Source: an uncultured Planctomycetales bacterium
Lineage (GTDB): Bacteria; 4484-113; JAFGCY01
Direction: 5' to 3'
DNA length: 64,000 bases
NCBI GenBank assembly: GCA_964512635.1
Contig: CAZEJB010000014.1
Span: 15,704 to 79,703, forward strand
This document shows, piece after piece, positions 1 through 11,345 of this stretch. How positions within the stretch are numbered: the first letter of the stretch is position 1; every line of letters begins with the position of its first letter. The notes beneath the pieces were generated by a model. That model was not told the origin of the DNA and ran no database searches. It saw only the letters and a list, made by a program, of their open reading frames with translations. A program made the position numbers and the translations under genes.

Positions 1-143
1 CTGCAGCTCAGGCTGCGCACGCTCCATTCGCATTCGCTGTCGATCTGCTGCAGATGCGCGATGACTTCCAGGGCCTGCCGGCCGATTGAGCCGGTGGCGC
101 CAAGGATGGCGACGCTGCACTTCCGTTTGCCTGAATCTGGCAC
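1..143 (-). CDS. dxr: 1-deoxy-D-xylulose 5-phosphate reductoisomerase, 5' part (runs off the window edge)
   Basis: Manual translation from GTG at 143: MPDSGKRKCSVAILGATGSIGRQALEVI. ILGxTGSIG is the DXR NADPH-binding motif. TATCAT lies 6 nt upstream. Confidence 0.85.
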   Translation of the reverse strand, partial: MPDSGKRKCSVAILGATGSIGRQALEVIAHLQQIDSECEWSVRSLSC

Positions 144-164
144 GCGGCAATGATAGCGGGGGAA

Positions 165-313
165 GGAGCCAGGGATCAGGGATCAAGATCAGAAAAGACA
201 AGGGAGCAGAAGGCGCAAACCTCCTGCTCCCCTTGTTTAGCTTCTGGCAACACCTTGGAATCAAGATCCCGAGACATCCAGTCCCTGATCCCTAATACCT
301 AATCCCTGGTCCC
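165..313. repeat. Inverted pair of degenerate 7-bp tandem arrays
   Basis: AGGGATC-like units at about 170-200 and complementary TCCCTGA/TCCCTAA/TACCTAA/TCCCTGG units at 281-313. Confidence 0.7.
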
Positions 314-318
314 TCTTT

Positions 319-3300
319 CTACTTGTCTTCCTCGCGAATACCCGCGCCGCTGCGGTTCGGGTACTTCGGCTTGGCCGGCTCGTTCCACGGACGCTCGCCG
401 AGTTCCTTGACCACTTCCTGAATCGCGCGGTCAAGCTGGGCATCCTCGCCGCGGGCCAGGATGCTCGGCGTGTTGTCGATGTCGATATCCGGGTCGACGC
501 CGTGGCCCTCGACCGCCCAGGTGCCGTTGGGCTCGAAGAAGCCGAAGTTCGGCACGCTGACCGCGGAGCCGTCAAGCATCGGCGGGCTGCCGGAGATACC
601 GATCAGGCCGCCCCAGGTGCGCTTGCCGATCAGCTTGCCCAGCTTGTAGTCGCGGAACAGCCAGGGGAAGGAGTCGCCGCCGGAGCCAGCGTTCTCGTTG
701 ATCAGCATCACTTTGGGTCCGCCGTTCATGTACCAGGGGCTGCGCCAGTTGACGCCGTCGCGGGTGGCCCAGTACTGGCGGCCGCGGCGGTTCAGGATCT
801 GGATCATCGGGTCGGGGCTCAGACCGCCGCCGTTCCAGCGCTCGTCAATGACGAGGCCCTGCATGTTGTGCTGGCCAATGAACTGGCGCATGAAGTCAGA
901 TGCGCCGCCGCCGCCGGTGTCGCGGACATAGATATAGCCGATCTTGCCGCCGGTCTTGTCGGAGACATACTGGCGGTTCATCTCGATCCAGTCGCGCAGG
1001 CGCAGCTCGCCGTCGCTGTAAATCGGGCTGACCAGGTACTTGCGCTCCTTGCCGTCCTTCATCGCGCTGGCGCTGACCGTCAGCTCGGTCGGCTTGCCCA
1101 CGGTGCCGCTGAGCAGCTCCCAGGGGTTGCCGTTCTCGCCGACCGGCTGGCCGTTGACCGCCAGCAGGAAGTCGCCTTCGTTGATGTCTATGCCGGGCTG
1201 CTCCAGCGGGCCGCGGACATCCGCTTCCCAGCTCGCGCCGCTGTAGATCTTCTTGAAGCGCACGCCGCGCTTGCCGTTGGCATCCGCAGCGTATTCAAAG
1301 TCGCAGGCGAGCTGGCCGATGCCGATGCTCTTGGGATAGTCGCCCGGGTCGCTGTAAACATAGGTATGGCCGGAGTTCAGCTCGGCGACCATCTGGCGGA
1401 TGATGTACTCCACATCGCCGCGGTTGGTCGCGAAGTCAACCAGGCTCAGCGCGCGCTTGCCGGCGGCATCCCAGTTCACACCGTGCATGTCCGGGTCATA
1501 GAAATAGTCGCGATAGCGGCTCCAGGCATCGTAAACGATGGCCTTCCACTCGTCGCGGGGATTAACCTCAACCAGCAGGCCACTGGTGTTGACCGGCTTG
1601 TCCAGCGCCGCGCCGGGCATCGCCCCGGTGATGAACACGCCGCCGTTGGCGAAGACCAGCATCTTGGAGGCGTCGGGGGTCAGCTGGTAGCCGCCGATGC
1701 CCGGCAGGATCGGGGTCTCGGCCGGGTTATCGCCTGACAGATCGAACATCGCCAGGGTCGGGGGAGCCGCAGCGCCGGCCTTGATGTAGAAAATCTTCTT
1801 GTCGCCGCCCTGCAGGTTGAAGAAGGCGCCGGAGCCGACCGGCAGGTTGATCGTGCGGGCCTCGATGCCCTCAATATCAACCTTGAGGTTCTCAACCTTG
1901 GGCTCTTCCTTCTTCTCGCCCTCGGCCGGAGCCGCCGGCGCAGCGCCCTCAGCCGGTGCCGCCGGGGCCGCGCCCTCCGCAGGCTTGTCGCCCTCGGCGG
2001 GCTTCTCCTCCGCCGGCTTGATCTCCTCGTCGTCGTTCTTCGCCGCGAAGGGCGAAGCGATGTCCGCGCGCAGCGTCGTTACGCAGAGCACGGTGGTATC
2101 GCTGAAGTTGAACTCGCCCCAGTCGCCCACCGGCGAATAGCTCGGGTTGAAGCTGCTGTCGCTGGTATAGAACAGATAATCGCCGCTCTTGTCGAGGGTC
2201 GCATTGCCGCAGCTGAAGGCCGGATTGGTTACCGGATAGGTCTTGCGGGCGGCATAGTCGCAGAGCATCACCACGCCATTGCCGCTGACCGCATCCGTGC
2301 CGTTGAAGGCCAGCCAGTTGCTGTCCTTGGCCCAGCTCAGGGTTCCGGCATTGGCCCAGGGGTCCTTGAAGAACATCCAGCTCTCGCCGTTGTCCACGGT
2401 GCAGATGAAGTTCGCCCCGGTCTTGTCGCTGAAGGCGATCTTCTTGCTGTCGGGGCTCCAGTTCAGGTTCATGCGGAAGGTGTGGCCGTCGTGGGTCAGC
2501 TGCTTCGCCTCGCCGCTGCCGTCGCTCGGCCGCAGGTAGATCTCATACTCGCCGGTGGCGTTGCTGAGGTAGGCGATCCACTGGCCGTCGGGGCTCCAGG
2601 TCGGCTCGCGCTCGGTCACGCCGTTGGTGTTGGTCAGGTTGCGCGGGAAGCCCTTCTCGGCCGGGATGGTCCAGATATCGCCGCGGGCGTTCACCGTCAC
2701 ACGCTTGGCCTGCGGCGAGATGCCGCCTTCCATAATGTTCTGGCCGGCGTCGATGGTCTGGGGCATCACGCTGATACGGTCGCCGGGCACGCTGATATCA
2801 ACCTTGCTCAGCTTCTCGGAGGCGATATCCAGCAGCCAGAGCTGGCCGCCGTTCTCCATCACGATGTCGCTGGGGCCCATCGCGGGCCACTTGGTTTCGA
2901 AGTCCTTGAAGGTCGTAACCTGGCGGCGCTTGCCGTCGGCCAGGGTATAGACCCAGATATTACGGCGATGCTCGGGGCCGGCATCGGACAGGAAATAGAT
3001 CTTGTCATTGCCATAGAACATCGGCGCCGTATCCGTGCCGGGCCAGTCGGTGAGCTGCTTGCTCTCGCCGTTCTTCAGGTTGTAGATCCAGATATTGCTG
3101 GCCGTGCCGCCCTGATAGCGGTTCCAGTTCTGGAACTCAATCCACTGCTGGTCCATCGCCACCCACTCGCCGTTGGCGCTGAAGGAGGCAAACATCGCCT
3201 CGAAGGGCGGCAGGGCCTCGGGCAGGCCGCCTGAACGGCTGGTGTAATACAGGCGGTTCTGGTGGCCGGCGTTCTCCTGCGAGGAGCCGAACACCACGCG

Positions 3301-3720
3301 GCCGTCCGGGGCATAGTCGACCATGAACACACCGCCGGGCTGGAAGCTCAGGCGCGTGGGCAGGCCGCCGTTGACGGGCAGCTCATAGATGTCGCCGTTG
3401 CCGTCATAGTTGGCGCCAAAGGCCACATGGCTGCCGTCCGGGCTGAAGCGCGGGAACTGCTCGGCCCCCGCCGGACTGGCCAGCGGGACGGCCAGGCCGC
3501 CCGTCTTGGGCGCGACCCACAGGTCGTTGTCATAGCGAAAGACGATCTTGTCCGCGCTGACATCCGGCGTGCGCAGCATGGCCGCATTCAGGGCCACGGA
3601 GCCGCCGGCAGATGCCGCCTGGGCTGTGCCGCAAAGGGCCGCTGATGCAGCCAGCACAAGCATGGCCAGCAGTGCCAGCGACGCAGTCCGCGCGCCGGCG
3701 ATGCAGGGAAGGGATACCAT
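319..3720 (-). CDS. Tricorn protease family (S41) secreted peptidase with beta-propeller, PDZ and catalytic domains
   Basis: Signal peptide, WD40-like PRFSPDG repeats, LVIDERWNGGG, and NAGSGGD catalytic Ser motif. AAGGAGG RBS precedes the ATG at 3720, so the upstream ORF extension is spurious. Confidence 0.93.
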   Translation of the reverse strand: MVSLPCIAGARTASLALLAMLVLAASAALCGTAQAASAGGSVALNAAMLRTPDVSADKIVFRYDNDLWVAPKTGGLAVPLASPAGAEQFPRFSPDGSHVAFGANYDGNGDIYELPVNGGLPTRLSFQPGGVFMVDYAPDGRVVFGSSQENAGHQNRLYYTSRSGGLPEALPPFEAMFASFSANGEWVAMDQQWIEFQNWNRYQGGTASNIWIYNLKNGESKQLTDWPGTDTAPMFYGNDKIYFLSDAGPEHRRNIWVYTLADGKRRQVTTFKDFETKWPAMGPSDIVMENGGQLWLLDIASEKLSKVDISVPGDRISVMPQTIDAGQNIMEGGISPQAKRVTVNARGDIWTIPAEKGFPRNLTNTNGVTEREPTWSPDGQWIAYLSNATGEYEIYLRPSDGSGEAKQLTHDGHTFRMNLNWSPDSKKIAFSDKTGANFICTVDNGESWMFFKDPWANAGTLSWAKDSNWLAFNGTDAVSGNGVVMLCDYAARKTYPVTNPAFSCGNATLDKSGDYLFYTSDSSFNPSYSPVGDWGEFNFSDTTVLCVTTLRADIASPFAAKNDDEEIKPAEEKPAEGDKPAEGAAPAAPAEGAAPAAPAEGEKKEEPKVENLKVDIEGIEARTINLPVGSGAFFNLQGGDKKIFYIKAGAAAPPTLAMFDLSGDNPAETPILPGIGGYQLTPDASKMLVFANGGVFITGAMPGAALDKPVNTSGLLVEVNPRDEWKAIVYDAWSRYRDYFYDPDMHGVNWDAAGKRALSLVDFATNRGDVEYIIRQMVAELNSGHTYVYSDPGDYPKSIGIGQLACDFEYAADANGKRGVRFKKIYSGASWEADVRGPLEQPGIDINEGDFLLAVNGQPVGENGNPWELLSGTVGKPTELTVSASAMKDGKERKYLVSPIYSDGELRLRDWIEMNRQYVSDKTGGKIGYIYVRDTGGGGASDFMRQFIGQHNMQGLVIDERWNGGGLSPDPMIQILNRRGRQYWATRDGVNWRSPWYMNGGPKVMLINENAGSGGDSFPWLFRDYKLGKLIGKRTWGGLIGISGSPPMLDGSAVSVPNFGFFEPNGTWAVEGHGVDPDIDIDNTPSILARGEDAQLDRAIQEVVKELGERPWNEPAKPKYPNRSGAGIREEDK

Positions 3721-4312
3721 CAGTTCCTCCTTGGAGAGCAGCAGTCGGCCACTTGGTATGCCGGCCTGCCGTGACACGGGATAAAGCCTAGCATGTGCGG
3801 ACCCGTTGCGGCGTCTGCGCCGAGGCGCGCGCTGCCCGCGGGCAGCGTTCAACAAGCTCACAGACGGGCCGGCCGGCGCAGTGGTTACCGGACAGCCCCG
3901 CTTCAGGGGCCTACAGCAGCCTCCAAAGCGTCCGAGAACGCGCATGCAGGGATAGAGCCGCGCGGGGCAGGGGAGGTAACGGGCCAGTGCGCGGACGATC
4001 CGTCCGCGTTTGTGTATTTTCCGGGAGTGCCGGGCCAGGCCCGGCATTTTTACCGGAACGCCGACCCGCCGCGCTTGCATCTCTTCCCGGAGCGCCGGTC
4101 GACCGACCGGCTTCCTGTCCCCCACGGCCGGCTGCAAGCCGGGCTCTTGCCCTGGGGCGCCAGCCATAGGCTGGCGTCCTCTCCGGCTGTTACAATCCCC
4201 GCAGATGTCCACTGCCCCGCAAAACCGGCAGCACAGCTCCGCAGGCCGCGCCGCGCCACGTCCGGTGGCACCGGCTTGCAACCGGTGGGTTTTCGCGGCT
4301 GCGCCGCGTGCT

Positions 4313-4425
4313 GGAGCGCCGGCTTCAGCCGGCATCTCCTGGGGAGCGCAGACTTCAGCCGGCATCTGCTGGGGAGCGCAGACTTCAGCCGGCATCTGCT
4401 GGGGAGCGCAGACTTTAGTCTGCAT
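4313..4425. repeat. Tandem of four GGAG-type REP-like palindromes (about 30-bp period)
   Basis: GGAGCGCCGGCTTCAGCCGGCAT, 2x GGAGCGCAGACTTCAGCCGGCAT, GGAGCGCAGACTTTAGTCTGCAT. Relatives at about 25155 and 27847-27902. Confidence 0.8.
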
Positions 4426-4486
4426 CTTCAAGCAGCGCGGACATCTTGCCCGCGTCGCCCGCTCGCGCGGATCGCGTAGCCGGCCG

Positions 4487-6094
4487 GTCATCATTGCCGG
4501 CGGGACCAACGACTGGCAGTGGACCAAGATCACGCACCAGGTTGACGCAATCGGGCGCACCAGCGACAGCAACTACCGCCAGTGGTTGAATGGCGGCAGC
4601 GAGCCTGCCGGTGATAGCCTGCAGCATGTCTACGACCAGGCCGGGCGGATGGTGCAGAACTACGACGGCACCTCCGCGTACGGCGCGACTTGGCGCTGGG
4701 CCGGCGCGGCCAACAGCCACAATGGCCCGCTCTGGGGTCCGGCTGCGGATACCTCCAGCCAGGTCAACCACAATGTTGCTGCGGGCAGTTTCAAGGGCAT
4801 CCCGGTGCGCCGTAGCTTCAGCCAGCCGACAGTCGAAGGCGACAAGCGTGAGCTCTTCGGCCAAGGCCGCCCACAGGCCAAGGACAGCGTGAGCAGCTGG
4901 CACCTCGGCATCCAGTCCGGCCCGCAGCCCGCCTCGCTGCAAGGCACTACTACCAGTCGCTTCAGCTTCATCGGCACCGTCGCCGCGACCGACATGAGCC
5001 GCGCGACCGACAGCCGTGAAGCCGGCCGCATCGGCATCTTCGGCTCTGCGCTGAGCTATGGCGGGAGCTATGGCCGTGTGACGAACGAGGCGATTGGTAG
5101 GGATGTAAATCCGCTTGGAAGGAGTGGAGGGTTCGCTCTAGTAGGCGGTTCCCAGAATTTTAACAGAATCTCCGCCGTCATACCCCTTACCATTAGAAAA
5201 GGTATGGGCAGCGGTAACTCGATTAATAATGATGGGATGCCGACTCCCGATTGCCCAGACCCAGAATGTGTAGGTGGGGGTACTAAGTACTGGGATAAAT
5301 ACGCAAAATCGGACTGCTGCATCTGGCATGCAAAGGTTTGGGAACATGATAATGAATGGGACCAATGTCTCTGCAAAGTGAGATCGTGCCGTCCCGACAT
5401 CTGCCCTGACTGCAGCTCCAGTGAATGGCGCCATATAACTGAGTGTTGCTATTGTATGGAGTGCAAAGCTCGCAATCGAGCAGATAAAAAGTGTGAGTAT
5501 CCATGCAAATTTGATTGCGCTGGTCCCAAGTGGTGCCAAATGCCTGACGACTGCTACTGCCAAGAGAAGTCAGACGGCGGTTCGGGCGATGATGGAGGAG
5601 ATGGGTTGTGCTGGATCGTAGTACCAGGAAGCAAACAGTTAGGTTCATTTATGGGCGGGTGCTACGTCCCTGGCCCAGGTGAGGAGAATGATCCAGGTGC
5701 TAATCCAGGAGGACAATTGACCTACAAATGCAGCGTCACGGCAACTCAATTGTGCCAGTCAATTCCATGTAAGAGCGGTGGAACCAAGACAGCCTATTAT
5801 GCTGCTGCAGTGAGTTGCACTTGCTTCAATTTCAAGGATACAACCCAAGGCACAGGAACCGTGAGTGTAAACTTGCCCTGCGGGAAGTCATTCTCCCCCA
5901 GCGAAAAGTCGGTGTTTGGCGGCAGAATAAAGAATGTTCTGGGACAAATTCTCTGTCCGTGCTCGGATTTTTCGGGAATCGATGGTGAGCCTCCTCCCAT
6001 TTCGTTGATGGAACGGTTTGGAACGAGGCGTGGTTCGATCACTTTTGTTTCAAACATTTCAAGAGATCTAGGAGGTAAACGGGGATGTTGTTGA
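4487..6094 (+). CDS. Orphan Rhs/YD-like core fragment fused to a Cys-rich variable C-terminal (putative toxin) domain; true start unclear
   Basis: YD-like segments (HQVDAIGR, HVYDQAGR), a DPxG-like boundary (GRDVNPLG), a visible GC drop at about 5080-5110, and about 30 Cys afterwards. Confidence 0.6.
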   Translation, partial: VIIAGGTNDWQWTKITHQVDAIGRTSDSNYRQWLNGGSEPAGDSLQHVYDQAGRMVQNYDGTSAYGATWRWAGAANSHNGPLWGPAADTSSQVNHNVAAGSFKGIPVRRSFSQPTVEGDKRELFGQGRPQAKDSVSSWHLGIQSGPQPASLQGTTTSRFSFIGTVAATDMSRATDSREAGRIGIFGSALSYGGSYGRVTNEAIGRDVNPLGRSGGFALVGGSQNFNRISAVIPLTIRKGMGSGNSINNDGMPTPDCPDPECVGGGTKYWDKYAKSDCCIWHAKVWEHDNEWDQCLCKVRSCRPDICPDCSSSEWRHITECCYCMECKARNRADKKCEYPCKFDCAGPKWCQMPDDCYCQEKSDGGSGDDGGDGLCWIVVPGSKQLGSFMGGCYVPGPGEENDPGANPGGQLTYKCSVTATQLCQSIPCKSGGTKTAYYAAAVSCTCFNFKDTTQGTGTVSVNLPCGKSFSPSEKSVFGGRIKNVLGQILCPCSDFSGIDGEPPPISLMERFGTRRGSITFVSNISRDLGGKRGCC

Positions 6095-6687
6095 GTCAAA
6101 TCCCAGTGTTCGTAGCTGTAATGGCATTGCTAGCTCAGTGCGGCGGTGATGAAACGAATGTATCTGCCACACCATCTGAAGTCGATTTCATTAGCCGAGA
6201 TATTAGTACAATTCGTGACTCTGGAGCTCTAGGGCTCATAGAAGTTTACGATTTGTTTTCCATTGAAGAGAATACGGTGGCGCTTTACGCAAATAATGAC
6301 CCGAATGAGGAATGGGTAAGGATGTGGAATTCTAATATCGAAATTGCCTATGATGGTGGAGGCAAGAATGGTTGGCAGTTGTCCACAAGTAGTGATTTCC
6401 AGGCATGCATTTTCCAGACTAGTTCAATTTGGTATGCACAAGCTAACGGACTGAGCGCAGACAGGCTTTGCGACCTATTGCGAGAAGAGGTGAAATCAGC
6501 TAAACCAGAGGTAAGTACTTCAATGACAGGAAGTAACATAATCCAATGGAGAGCGCAAGGTGTATTTATTGGAATCATAAGTAAAGAAGACTTTCTGAAT
6601 TCCGATACACCAATTGCATTTACACTGCAATTCTCAAGAGCTCCAGCTGCCGACCGTATCGAGAAACCGACGCGTCAACAGCAATGA
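6085..6687 (+). CDS. Low-GC lipoprotein, putative immunity partner
   Basis: LAQC lipobox-like signal, 10-bp overlap with the upstream ORF, and the same low GC as the Rhs tip. Confidence 0.6.
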   Translation: MLLSQIPVFVAVMALLAQCGGDETNVSATPSEVDFISRDISTIRDSGALGLIEVYDLFSIEENTVALYANNDPNEEWVRMWNSNIEIAYDGGGKNGWQLSTSSDFQACIFQTSSIWYAQANGLSADRLCDLLREEVKSAKPEVSTSMTGSNIIQWRAQGVFIGIISKEDFLNSDTPIAFTLQFSRAPAADRIEKPTRQQQ

Positions 6688-7200
6688 GGGCATCGCTTTC
6701 AAGAAGCTCCTTTTGCGGAGGTTTTGGCACCGCTATTGAACTGATAGCACTATTTGGCCAGCACTTGGCAGTTCTGAGAAGGCAACTTGGCCGCTTGACC
6801 TTACGCTGCAATGGCTGGGCTACCTGACGCAGGCAGACCATCCTCAAGTGACGAACAGCGTCGGCAGTAGGAAGATAAGTGGTAGTTTTTTTAGTCTCAG
6901 TGTTAGAACGAACTCCGCGCACAGTCGAATTTTTTATGGCGCCGACCCGCCTAGCTGCTCTCCGAGCGGCGGGAGGGGCGGAGTCGGGTTCATTTGAGAA
7001 GCAGCAAAAGCCTGATTTGATCAGGCTGGAAGCGGCTTCCAGGCCCTTCTTGTCCCTTACTACCGTAATCAGGGCCTTAGTAAGGGGTAGATTGAGCTTT
7101 GTTCCTGGCTGTGTTAGTTTGTGTAGGACTTCGGATAGCTTCAAGCAAGGACCACCATTACTGCGGACATGCCGCCATTCGCAAGCTCATGGCGGTCTAG

Positions 7201-7300
7201 GCTACGCGGGGCTAAGCCCCGTAGCGTCCCGGCTAGAAATGCCGGCCGGGGACAAGCCCCGGCCCTACGAGAACTGGGGCTGCCGGGCTTAGCCCGGCGT
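7201..7300. repeat. Cluster of REP-like hairpins
   Basis: CTACGCGGGGCTAAGCCCCGTAG, GCCGGGGACAAGCCCCGGCCCTAC and GCCGGGCTTAGCCCGGC. Confidence 0.7.
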
Positions 7301-7452
7301 ACTTTAGACCGGCGAGCGCCGGCGCGAGACGGCATGGCCGCCAGCGGCGCAGCCGCATACCTTCCGTGCGAGGCGCGCAGCGCTGAGCGCGGCCTCCGTT
7401 GTAGCATGCAGTGTGGGCAGATCGACGACCACTTGGGGCGTCGCCCACTTAC

Positions 7453-7971
7453 TCACGCCCGCTCCTGTGCCATCAGCCAGTTGCAGGGCAGGTCGCGGGT
7501 CGCCTGCTGCAAGCCCCATAACTGCTGCGTCTGCCGCATACCATCGTTTCCTGCCAGCAGGCTCGGGCTGAGATCAGCCAGGAGCAATTCGCCAGCGTGC
7601 AGGATTCGCGAGCGAATCTTGTAGAGCCCTTCGAAGTGCTTGCGCTGTTCGTCGCTGACCCCGCCATACTTGTCGAGGAAGGTTCGGTATCTCTTCAACA
7701 CGGCGTAATGGCGCTGCTCGCAGCTGGGGCAAGGATCGACCTTGACGCCGCGGTTGTCATGATCGATCAGCGTCTCCAGCGCGCCAATCAGTGCGGTCAA
7801 GGCCAGGCTTGGGGAGATAGTGATAGCCAGCATGGCCGACTGGAAGAGCGCGCAGGCCCGCAGAAAAGCGTCGCGGGTGGAATCCTCTTGGCTGCCGGCC
7901 CACTTAGGACAAAAGCGGTCCAGTTGTGCTAAACCGGCCGGCAGGCTAAAACAATCGCGCTGCGGCGCGGG
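7453..7971 (-). pseudogene. 5'-truncated HEPN (Apea-like) domain gene
   Basis: ALIGALETL, CPSC and R-x4-H (RSRILH) motifs. The frame stays open upstream of ATG 7833 to an in-frame TGA at 7974-7972 with no start codon. Confidence 0.55.
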
Positions 7972-8434
7972 TCATAGATGCGCCGTCCGGCATAGCTGTT
8001 TGCCGGAAGTGTATTTAGGCATTGGAAGGCCCCGTCACATGCTTGCTCATCCGCTCAAGTATCCCTCCGCCAAATTCCAGCCCCTGGCCCTCGTCCGCGA
8101 GTCTGGCGGGGGCGGCAGTGCCGCTGGACCAGACTTGGACCAAAGCAGGGCCAAAAGCTGCGGCCTGGACCAGACCTGGCCCAAAACTGCCGGCGCGCAG
8201 CCCATCGCGGGCCTGAAAAACAGAATCTCACGTTGCGTTTGCCGGCCAAAGGTTAAATCCGCGGGCCGCGCGGCTGGCATGAAAATGTGTTTCGACGTTC
8301 GTTTTGCGGCCGCAAAGTTAAATCCGGCGAGGGGCTGGATGGCTGCCTGTATCCGTCGTCTGCAGATCCCTGCAACAAAGTCATGCGCTGCGCAGTGGCC
8401 CGGCGGCCGCGCGCCGGCCCTTTAGAATATGCCC

Positions 8435-9691
8435 GTGCCCCATACATATGATGTCATCGTCGCCGGCGGCGGACTGGCCGGCTGCGCCGCCGCGCTGGCG
8501 GCTGTGCGTGAAGGGGCCCGGACCCTGCTGGTCGAGCTGCATGGCTATCTCGGCGGGAATGCTACCCGCGGCATGGTAGCGCCATGGCAGAGCTATCACG
8601 CCAGCCGCCCCGACCCGCAGTCCAGCGCGCTGCCGCAGCAGGTCATCGGCGGCATCGCCCAGGAGTTCGTCGACGACCTGGTCGCCCGGGGCGCCAGTCT
8701 GGGCCACATCGTCGACCCGATCGGCTTTGCCGGCAGCCTGACCCCGGTGGACGCCGATGCCCTGAAGCTCTACCTGCCGGAAAAGCTCAGCGCCGCCGGG
8801 GTTGAGATCCGCCTCGGCCAGGGCGTTGAGCTCGAACTGCTAAGCAGCGCGGCGCAGGTGGTGGATGCCACAGGCTCCTGCGCCGCCGCCCGGATGCTGG
8901 GGGCGCAGTGCAGCCTGGCCGCCGAGCGTCAGCCGATGACCTGGATGTTCACGATGCAGGGTGTGGACACGGCGGCGATCCGCGATTTCCAGCTGGCCCA
9001 TCCGCAGCAGTTCGTCCTGCATCCCCGGGTTCGGGAACTGCGCCCGGACTTCGTCGCCGTCAGCGGCTTTTTCGATCTGTGGCGCGGCGGGCGCGAACGG
9101 GGCGAGATCACGATCCCCCGCGACCGCCTGCTGTGCTTCTCCACTCCCCGGCCCGGCGAAGTGCTGATCAACAGCACCCGCATCCCGGCTGAGCATCCCC
9201 AGCCGCGCCTGGAAGGCCTGCGCCAGGTGCGTGAACTGCTGGACTGGCTGCCCCGTCATATCCCCGGCTTTTCCAGCGCCGGCCTGGGGCGGGTGGCAGA
9301 TGACATAGGAGAAAGAGAAAGCTGGCGGCTGGAAGGTAAGTACAAGCTGAGTGTTGAGGACCTGCTGAGCGGGCGGGACTTTGAAGACACGATTACCCGG
9401 GGCTGTTACCCGATCGACATTCACAGCGCCAGCAGCGACGAGCTGGCGACCCGCGAACTGGACAGCCGGGGCTGGTACAGCATCCCGCTGCGCTGCCTGG
9501 AAAGTCCGCAGGTTGAGCGCCTGCTGGTGGCCGGGCGCTGCATCAGTGCCGACCGCAGCGGCTTCGCCAGCGCCAGGACCCTGCCGACGGCAATGGCTCT
9601 GGGACAGGTTGCGGGAATGGTGGCTGCGGCCAGGGCGGTCGGTAAAAAAGTGGAAAATTTAACTTGTCTTTCCGCAACGGCGCGGGTATAA
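8435..9691 (+). CDS. FAD-dependent oxidoreductase (PF12831-like)
   Basis: YDVIVAGGGLAG Rossmann motif, LGGNATRG, DATG, YPIDIH and LLVAGRCIS. Confidence 0.88.
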   Translation: MPHTYDVIVAGGGLAGCAAALAAVREGARTLLVELHGYLGGNATRGMVAPWQSYHASRPDPQSSALPQQVIGGIAQEFVDDLVARGASLGHIVDPIGFAGSLTPVDADALKLYLPEKLSAAGVEIRLGQGVELELLSSAAQVVDATGSCAAARMLGAQCSLAAERQPMTWMFTMQGVDTAAIRDFQLAHPQQFVLHPRVRELRPDFVAVSGFFDLWRGGRERGEITIPRDRLLCFSTPRPGEVLINSTRIPAEHPQPRLEGLRQVRELLDWLPRHIPGFSSAGLGRVADDIGERESWRLEGKYKLSVEDLLSGRDFEDTITRGCYPIDIHSASSDELATRELDSRGWYSIPLRCLESPQVERLLVAGRCISADRSGFASARTLPTAMALGQVAGMVAAARAVGKKVENLTCLSATARV

Positions 9692-9693
9692 AC
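9664..9693 (+). promoter_or_regulatory. Sigma70-type promoter upstream of the rpoD leader
   Basis: TTGTCT-18 nt-TATAAC in an AT-rich stretch. Confidence 0.5.
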
Positions 9694-10134
9694 TCAAGTC
9701 CCAACGCCAGCTGGGCGGCAGGCAAAGATTAATATCGTTGCTGGAAGCCGCAAAGTAAAAGCGTTGGGCGCGTTTCAAGCTGAGGTGGGAAGTAGCGGAA
9801 GACGGGGTTGAGATGCGGTGCATTTGAGATCGCTTGCGGCACTTTATGGCCATCATTTATATATTGGCCTCCCTGTAGGGGATCTTCGCCGAAGCCGATC
9901 AGGACTGGATGCAGCGTTGTGGTGGTTGATAAGACTGGGTGGTTCGAGAAGCAGTTACAGCAGAGCAATGGCGTTATCAGACGGTTGCTTGTGGCTGGCT
10001 GACTTCTCAAAGCCGCGCTGATTTACCTGCTGCCATGCGCATGACTATTCAGTAATTGCCCTGCGTCCCGATTGATGGCTTTTTTCGCTACCTCAGCGGA
10101 GCGCTACACAAATATGTAGTGTAAGGAGCAAGCA

Positions 10135-11286
<1,152 letters not shown>

Positions 11287-11345
11287 TCCGGCCCTGGACC
11301 TGGGCCAGCCGGCAGGCTGGTTCAGTCTGGTGCAATTTGGATACA

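Noticed and set aside
4313-4425. 30-bp periodic repeat as a mini CRISPR array
   Set aside because: The units are directly tandem palindromes with no unique spacers, they match the dispersed REP family, and no cas genes are in the window.
3721-4572. N-terminal extension of the tricorn ORF, and the 4010 start of the Rhs-like ORF
   Set aside because: Both run through GC-rich REP repeats without stops by chance; a strong RBS and signal peptide place the tricorn start at 3720.
6620-7144. 174-aa minus-strand ORF
   Set aside because: It has no recognisable motif and overlaps the lipoprotein 3' end; coding status cannot be supported.
7972-7974. Selenocysteine or recoded TGA extending the HEPN ORF
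   Set aside because: No SECIS-like context is seen, and TGA is an ordinary stop in many genes here.
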